64,000 bases of DNA, from sequence record PP496443.1, one strand, 5' to 3'. Positions 59,679 through 64,000 of this stretch are shown here, piece after piece; positions within the stretch are counted from its first letter, which is position 1; each line of letters starts with the position of its first letter. The notes beneath the pieces are model-generated. The model made no database searches. It worked only from the letters and a program-made list of their open reading frames with translations, and was not told the DNA's origin. Both the position numbers and the translations under genes were made by a program.

Positions 59679-61658
59679 TCAATTGATTCCGTACTTTTTG
59701 ATAAAAGCGGAATAAGGGGTTTTATCGCCTTCGAAGGAATTGACCTTCGAGTTACTTGCCCCGTCTTTGTAGATCAGGGTCGTGGTAAGGTTCGCGCTGA
59801 ACGGCCCAATGACGCCGCCGTTCTTCACGATGAACTCGTTTACCTTGCTGTCCCTTACACCGGTCAAGTAGAAGCGCTGACCTTTGAACAACTGGGACGC
59901 CACCCGAACCTTCTTCGGTGGCTTCGGCAACACGTACGTCAATCCAGCCTTGGTATACGCCATGAAGGCCGTCATGAAGGCCGGAAGTGCTGCAATGAAC
60001 TGATCCGCTCGCTTAGGTCCGAATCCATCCAGTTCTGCCAGCTTTTCCCGCAATGCCTCACGGGAAGCTTTGGTCCGCTGCAAGCCCGTAGGATCGCCCA
60101 GGCTCAACGCTGCCGGTTTCAGCAGTGTGAGTCCCATCCCGTGGCCGAACGCCCCGCTGGCGACCATTAGGTCGGCTAGGTCAACGTCCACCACACAGTC
60201 GGCCAGCGCCGCAACGAACTTCTTAGCCGTCGGGGCACCGAAACCAGCTTGCTCGACCAGCTCTTTGGCGAACCGGATCGGGGTTTTGGTCACTTTACGA
60301 ATTAGGCCCTGTACGCCGCCAACGTCCATGTACTCTAGCATAGCGTCAAACGTGGCTTCCTTGAACCCTTCCAGGCCTAGCGTCACGAAGAAGAACGTCA
60401 TGGACTTCGTAAGCTGTTGCTCTCCGCTACCAATGGTGCGGATGTTAACCCCGTTCTCATCCCAGTCGTACGACCCCGACTTGGGCAGATCGGCTTTACG
60501 TGCGGGGGTGACCACACCTGTGATGTAGGGGATCACGTCACCAGACCGGACTAGGGTGATGACGGCGCCTTTCCCTATCTTGTTGTCCTTGATGAACTTG
60601 GCGTTATGCCCTGTGGCCCACGTAACTTTGACACCCGCCAGTCGTACGGGAGTTATCTTGACGCGGGGCTTGAGCGTCCCGTATCTTGATTCGTTCCACT
60701 GGACGTCCTCAACAGTTGCTGTTGCCACCTCAGACATCAGTGCGGACTTGAAGGCGAACTGATAGTCCGGGTTACCTGAACCCGAGGGGCCACGACCCAC
60801 CTTGGTCGTGGACACGATCACGCCGTCCATCTCGTATATCGACTTCTTGCGGCGGTCCAACAGGTAATCGGTCAGCTCATTGACATCCAGTCGCAGTACC
60901 TTCTTGACCGTAGGGATCAGGAAGCCCATTGCCTTGAGTTTGGCGAACTGCTTGTCCACGTCCATGGCAGGCTTGACGATCTGGTACATGACCACTTTGA
61001 TCTTCTTGCCCTTGAACACCGGCGGAATGATCTTGCTGTTCGCGGCACCGGCCACCAGATTGCGGGGGTTGGCGAAGTCGTCCTTGAACTGCTCGAAGGT
61101 GGCCACCGGCATGATCAGCTCACCCCGACCTTGCCAGCCATTGGGGATTGGGGGCAAGTCCAGATAGGGGGCCACGTGGCTGATGTCCAAGCCTTGGTTC
61201 CCGTCGCCACGGGTGTACAACTCCGGCTTCTTGGGATTGGTTGTTCCCTTGATGCCGATGGAGATGCCGTCCAGCTTGTCCGACAGCACGTAGGGGCCTG
61301 GGTTAGCTACCGCCCAGCGCAGGATGGACTTCTCGTCCAGATACTTGTTCATGCTGCCCATGCCGAACGGTAGTGACGTCTTGTTCAGCTCGTTGGACTT
61401 CGAACCCACCTGATACAGCTTCTTGTCCACGGTGAGGATGACGGTCTCGAACTTGTCGAACTCTGCGTCGCTGACAACAGGCACACCGGCGTAGTATGCG
61501 TCTTTCAGCAGTAGGTAGGCATCGGCCAGCTGCTTCTTGGGCACGGACTTCGCCGCTTCCACCTGCATGGCTTTGTTAGCCATGTGGATGATACCGAACA
61601 CGAAGTCTTTCAGTTCTTGGCGACCTTTTTTGGTGCCTATGGTGAACTTGGTCGCCAT
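59679..61658 (-). CDS. ligA: NAD+-dependent DNA ligase
   Basis: DKLDG (KxDG), TRGDG, RGE, NPRN, DGVIV, FAFK, RSGDVIP, HhH region and C-terminal BRCT; zinc-finger cysteines absent. Confidence 0.93.
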   Translation of the reverse strand: MATKFTIGTKKGRQELKDFVFGIIHMANKAMQVEAAKSVPKKQLADAYLLLKDAYYAGVPVVSDAEFDKFETVILTVDKKLYQVGSKSNELNKTSLPFGMGSMNKYLDEKSILRWAVANPGPYVLSDKLDGISIGIKGTTNPKKPELYTRGDGNQGLDISHVAPYLDLPPIPNGWQGRGELIMPVATFEQFKDDFANPRNLVAGAANSKIIPPVFKGKKIKVVMYQIVKPAMDVDKQFAKLKAMGFLIPTVKKVLRLDVNELTDYLLDRRKKSIYEMDGVIVSTTKVGRGPSGSGNPDYQFAFKSALMSEVATATVEDVQWNESRYGTLKPRVKITPVRLAGVKVTWATGHNAKFIKDNKIGKGAVITLVRSGDVIPYITGVVTPARKADLPKSGSYDWDENGVNIRTIGSGEQQLTKSMTFFFVTLGLEGFKEATFDAMLEYMDVGGVQGLIRKVTKTPIRFAKELVEQAGFGAPTAKKFVAALADCVVDVDLADLMVASGAFGHGMGLTLLKPAALSLGDPTGLQRTKASREALREKLAELDGFGPKRADQFIAALPAFMTAFMAYTKAGLTYVLPKPPKKVRVASQLFKGQRFYLTGVRDSKVNEFIVKNGGVIGPFSANLTTTLIYKDGASNSKVNSFEGDKTPYSAFIKKYGIN

Positions 61659-61669
61659 CTGGATCGTCC

Positions 61670-62254
61670 TTATATGGGAATGGTGTCTATGTCAGCGAAC
61701 CGCTGCATGCACCACTTGACGTAGGGTTTTACCTGTTCTGGCCATCGCTTCGTATACCCACGGGCGTACAACTCTACCATGCCGGGTACAGCCTCATAGT
61801 AGTTGCCGAAGGGATACACATCGAAGTTCTTGAGTTTCAAGCCGAGCAGCTGCATCAGTAATTTACCGTTCTGGATAGTCGTGGCATACGCCGGATTATC
61901 GTAGGTAAACCCCTTACGCCACTCGTTGAACTTCGGGTCTTGCGGGTTCTGGCCGAGCAAAGACAGCAGCAGGTCCCCGCTACGCAGTTGTTGCAGTGTC
62001 GTCCCTTCCTTCTCCAGCAGTGCGTGCGTACACTCATGCAGCAAGGTGGCCCAAGCTTTCGGCTCGGTGAAGAAGGAGTCCCGGAGTAAGCAGGTGCCGC
62101 CGGTGAATGAAGCGGTAGGCTGGCCGTTGCCCGGAATCAACGTGAAGGTGTGAGTCCTTGCATAACCGTAGACGGGCGCCCGCATGTTCTGCGGCATCTT
62201 GTCGATGATCTTCAGTAACGCCGAGTTGTCAACCTCTTTCCCGCTTCGATCCAC
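61670..62254 (-). CDS. Hypothetical protein with an HExxH zincin motif
   Basis: ATLLHECTHALL. Confidence 0.6.
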   Translation of the reverse strand: MDRSGKEVDNSALLKIIDKMPQNMRAPVYGYARTHTFTLIPGNGQPTASFTGGTCLLRDSFFTEPKAWATLLHECTHALLEKEGTTLQQLRSGDLLLSLLGQNPQDPKFNEWRKGFTYDNPAYATTIQNGKLLMQLLGLKLKNFDVYPFGNYYEAVPGMVELYARGYTKRWPEQVKPYVKWCMQRFADIDTIPI

Positions 62255-62259
62255 CGTCG

Positions 62260-62826
62260 TTACTTTGGGACCTCGGCAACCTCCATCAGGTGTGCCACTT
62301 CCGCAAAGTTCTCAGCGCTGGACAGAGCCGACATGCGTTCCCGGTACAGCTGAATCTCGATGGGTTCCTCCAGCTCTTTCAGGAACTTTTCCAGCTTGGT
62401 CTTGAACCGCTCAGTGTACGGCTTCTGAATGGTGATGTGTGCCTTGTAGTCGGGAAACGTCGGCGCCGCACCGATACCCAGTAGCTGGTTGTGCAGGTCA
62501 GTCAGTTCCTTGCAGTTGACCAGCAGGACCAGAGTGTCTTCCTTGGGGCCGAACACGTCAACACCTGTCACCTCAGCGGTGTACTTGTGCGACGGATTGA
62601 GAACGCCACGGGCCGCTACGTCGTCGATGGTTGACGAAGAGTACATAACGGTGCAGTGCAGCTCAGACATCGGCATCACGTCCGGCTCACGATCTTGGCC
62701 GTACTTGCTCAGGGTCATCAACATCTTGGCGAGGGTCAGCTTGGAATCCGGGTGGATCTTGACATCCACGTAAGAACCTTCCTTGATCAACGACCGGGCC
62801 GTCTCCATTACCTTAACTGTTTTCAT
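62260..62826 (-). CDS. acb1: 2H phosphodiesterase, Acb1/T4 gp57B-like anti-CBASS nuclease
   Basis: Two HxT motifs in Acb1-like context: ELHCTVMYSS and FPDYKAHITI. Confidence 0.75.
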   Translation of the reverse strand: MKTVKVMETARSLIKEGSYVDVKIHPDSKLTLAKMLMTLSKYGQDREPDVMPMSELHCTVMYSSSTIDDVAARGVLNPSHKYTAEVTGVDVFGPKEDTLVLLVNCKELTDLHNQLLGIGAAPTFPDYKAHITIQKPYTERFKTKLEKFLKELEEPIEIQLYRERMSALSSAENFAEVAHLMEVAEVPK

Positions 62827-63367
62827 TGGTGAACCCCTCGAGTGGGAATATCGTAGCCGTGGACTTGTCAGGGTTGACCTGAATACTCGCCGGGTTGACT
62901 TTCAGATACTGCTTCAAGATCTTTTCGATCCGCAGCAAGTCAACGTCCTCTCCTTCCTTTTTCTCTACCCACGGCAGCATCACGTAGGAGTACAGAGCGG
63001 GGTTGATCAGGACTACGTTGAAGAATGCAGTGATGGCGTGGATCAAGGTGTTGCCATCATGTTTGGTACTGGTCGGGTCTCCTTCCTTACTCCGGAGGAT
63101 CACCCGAGGCTGGATAGTGTCGTAGGTGATAATCACCCCGAAACTGTCCGCAAGATTAGCTGGCACATTAACGCCTGCCGGGGCGCCGCGTGTCCAGAAC
63201 GTAACGCGTGACTTGGTTCCGTCTGGGCGGTGGATTGTTGCCTTGGTGCAGTATTCCGAGGAAGTCCACAAGACCGGATAGGTCGGGAGGATATCCACCT
63301 GGGGGATAGACTTTATCATGGTTGCCTCTAAGCCAACGGGGCCTTTCGACCCCGTGCCATTGTTCAC
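62813..63367 (-). CDS. Hypothetical protein
   Basis: 184 aa ORF overlapping both neighbours. Confidence 0.7.
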   Translation of the reverse strand: MNNGTGSKGPVGLEATMIKSIPQVDILPTYPVLWTSSEYCTKATIHRPDGTKSRVTFWTRGAPAGVNVPANLADSFGVIITYDTIQPRVILRSKEGDPTSTKHDGNTLIHAITAFFNVVLINPALYSYVMLPWVEKKEGEDVDLLRIEKILKQYLKVNPASIQVNPDKSTATIFPLEGFTNENS

Positions 63368-64000
63368 TGGGGAACCAGAGGACTCAGTTTGGTCATGGTT
63401 TCCGACAGCTCTTTCAGGACGAATGCACGCTTGTCCTCCGGCAACTTCTTCATGCTGGATTGAAGCGAGGCGATCACCGCGATTGCCATCCCCAGTTCTT
63501 CCTGATACCGGCCCGTCCGGCCTTGGCGTGCACCGGACGTTTCGGTCTCGCCGTCGTCCACAATCAGACGTTCACCACAACGCTTACACCACCGAGAGTC
63601 ATCAGCGTTGTTCGCACCACAGCGTGGACACTCGATCTCGTCGTCTTTAGGCGGGCCATCCAAGTCATCGCCTTCTTCTTCGAGTTCCTCATCGGTCATC
63701 CGTGCCGGGGCGTCGGGATCCTCTTCGCTTTCCGGTTCCGCCGAGTCTTCATCTTCCGTGGTTTCATCTTCGGCGTCGGGATCCTCTTCAGGATCAACTT
63801 CAGCCTCCGGGTCTTCCTCGGTTTCGGTGTCCGCTTCCGGATCATCCTCTTCCATTTCGGCGTCCGGATCCTCTTCTTCGGTGGACGCTTCATCCTCGTC
63901 CGGTACTTCCGTTTCCTCTTCCTTCGCCTTTTTGTTCTTGGCTTTGGTCAGATTCTTGGAAGCTTCCTGCTCTTCATCAGTCGGGCGGAACGTAGGATCT
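63364..64000 (-). CDS. Acidic low-complexity protein with a double zinc ribbon (5' end outside the window)
   Basis: The frame stays open to the window edge; EDP-rich repeats and CPRCGANNADDSRWCKRCG. Confidence 0.75.
   Translation of the reverse strand, partial: DPTFRPTDEEQEASKNLTKAKNKKAKEEETEVPDEDEASTEEEDPDAEMEEDDPEADTETEEDPEAEVDPEEDPDAEDETTEDEDSAEPESEEDPDAPARMTDEELEEEGDDLDGPPKDDEIECPRCGANNADDSRWCKRCGERLIVDDGETETSGARQGRTGRYQEELGMAIAVIASLQSSMKKLPEDKRAFVLKELSETMTKLSPLVPQ

Noticed and set aside
12112-61658. Inteins or introns in recA, the SNF2 helicase, primase or ligase
   Set aside because: No C/S...HN-C/S/T splice junctions or LAGLIDADG motifs were seen; the extra length is explained by insertions or low-complexity tails.
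1-64000. Genome-wide stop-codon reassignment
   Set aside because: TGA, TAA and TAG end genes at expected places with tight overlaps (for example TGA at 12112, 33902 and 46924), and conserved genes are not interrupted. Only the 13926 UGA shows a coding-like continuation.
1-64000. tRNA or rRNA genes
   Set aside because: Intergenic gaps are short and none shows a cloverleaf, T-loop (GTTCGA) context or rRNA signature.
1-64000. Apparent abundance of GATC as a sign of DNA modification
   Set aside because: It cannot be quantified by eye and is explainable by frequent ATC/GAT codons; an observed/expected k-mer calculation would be needed.

Overview
This window is a gene-dense, GC-rich segment of a large (jumbo-type) contractile-tailed dsDNA phage genome, mostly transcribed on the minus strand. 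A Pseudomonas-like host is inferred from a Pseudomonas-style PL7 alginate lyase; no taxonomy was looked up. From left to right it holds: (1) a plus-strand block of small accessory genes ending in a PL7 alginate lyase; (2) two fibre-like virion proteins, one with an SGNH esterase domain; (3) a replication/recombination/transcription block with RecA/UvsX, an acidic Rho-N-like repeat protein, a gp32-like SSB, a sigma-70-like factor, a TGT/DpdA-like transglycosylase, a metallopeptidase, an acyl carrier protein, a SLOG protein, a Cas4-like nuclease and a DnaG primase; (4) a lysis cassette with spanins, a holin, a degenerate amidase and a permuted papain-like enzyme; (5) a long tail fibre and a T4-like baseplate/tail module, including a PAAR-peptidase M15 fusion, tape measure protein and tail chaperone; (6) a ~1900 aa SNF2 helicase, HNH, NUDIX, NAD-dependent ligase and an Acb1-like 2H phosphodiesterase. 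Several signals are not visible in the ORF track: an in-frame 58-codon basic extension behind a UGA stop (candidate readthrough), a CCC-UUU-CGU +1 frameshift site in the tail chaperone upstream of the tape measure gene, a recurrent STAAWTW-N3-GYAT candidate late promoter, an amidase lacking its catalytic residues, an EF-Tu-like G1 peptide in a small protein, and a perfect 30-bp palindrome. No tRNA, rRNA, CRISPR array or intein was found. All functional calls come from motif recognition by eye, without database searches.
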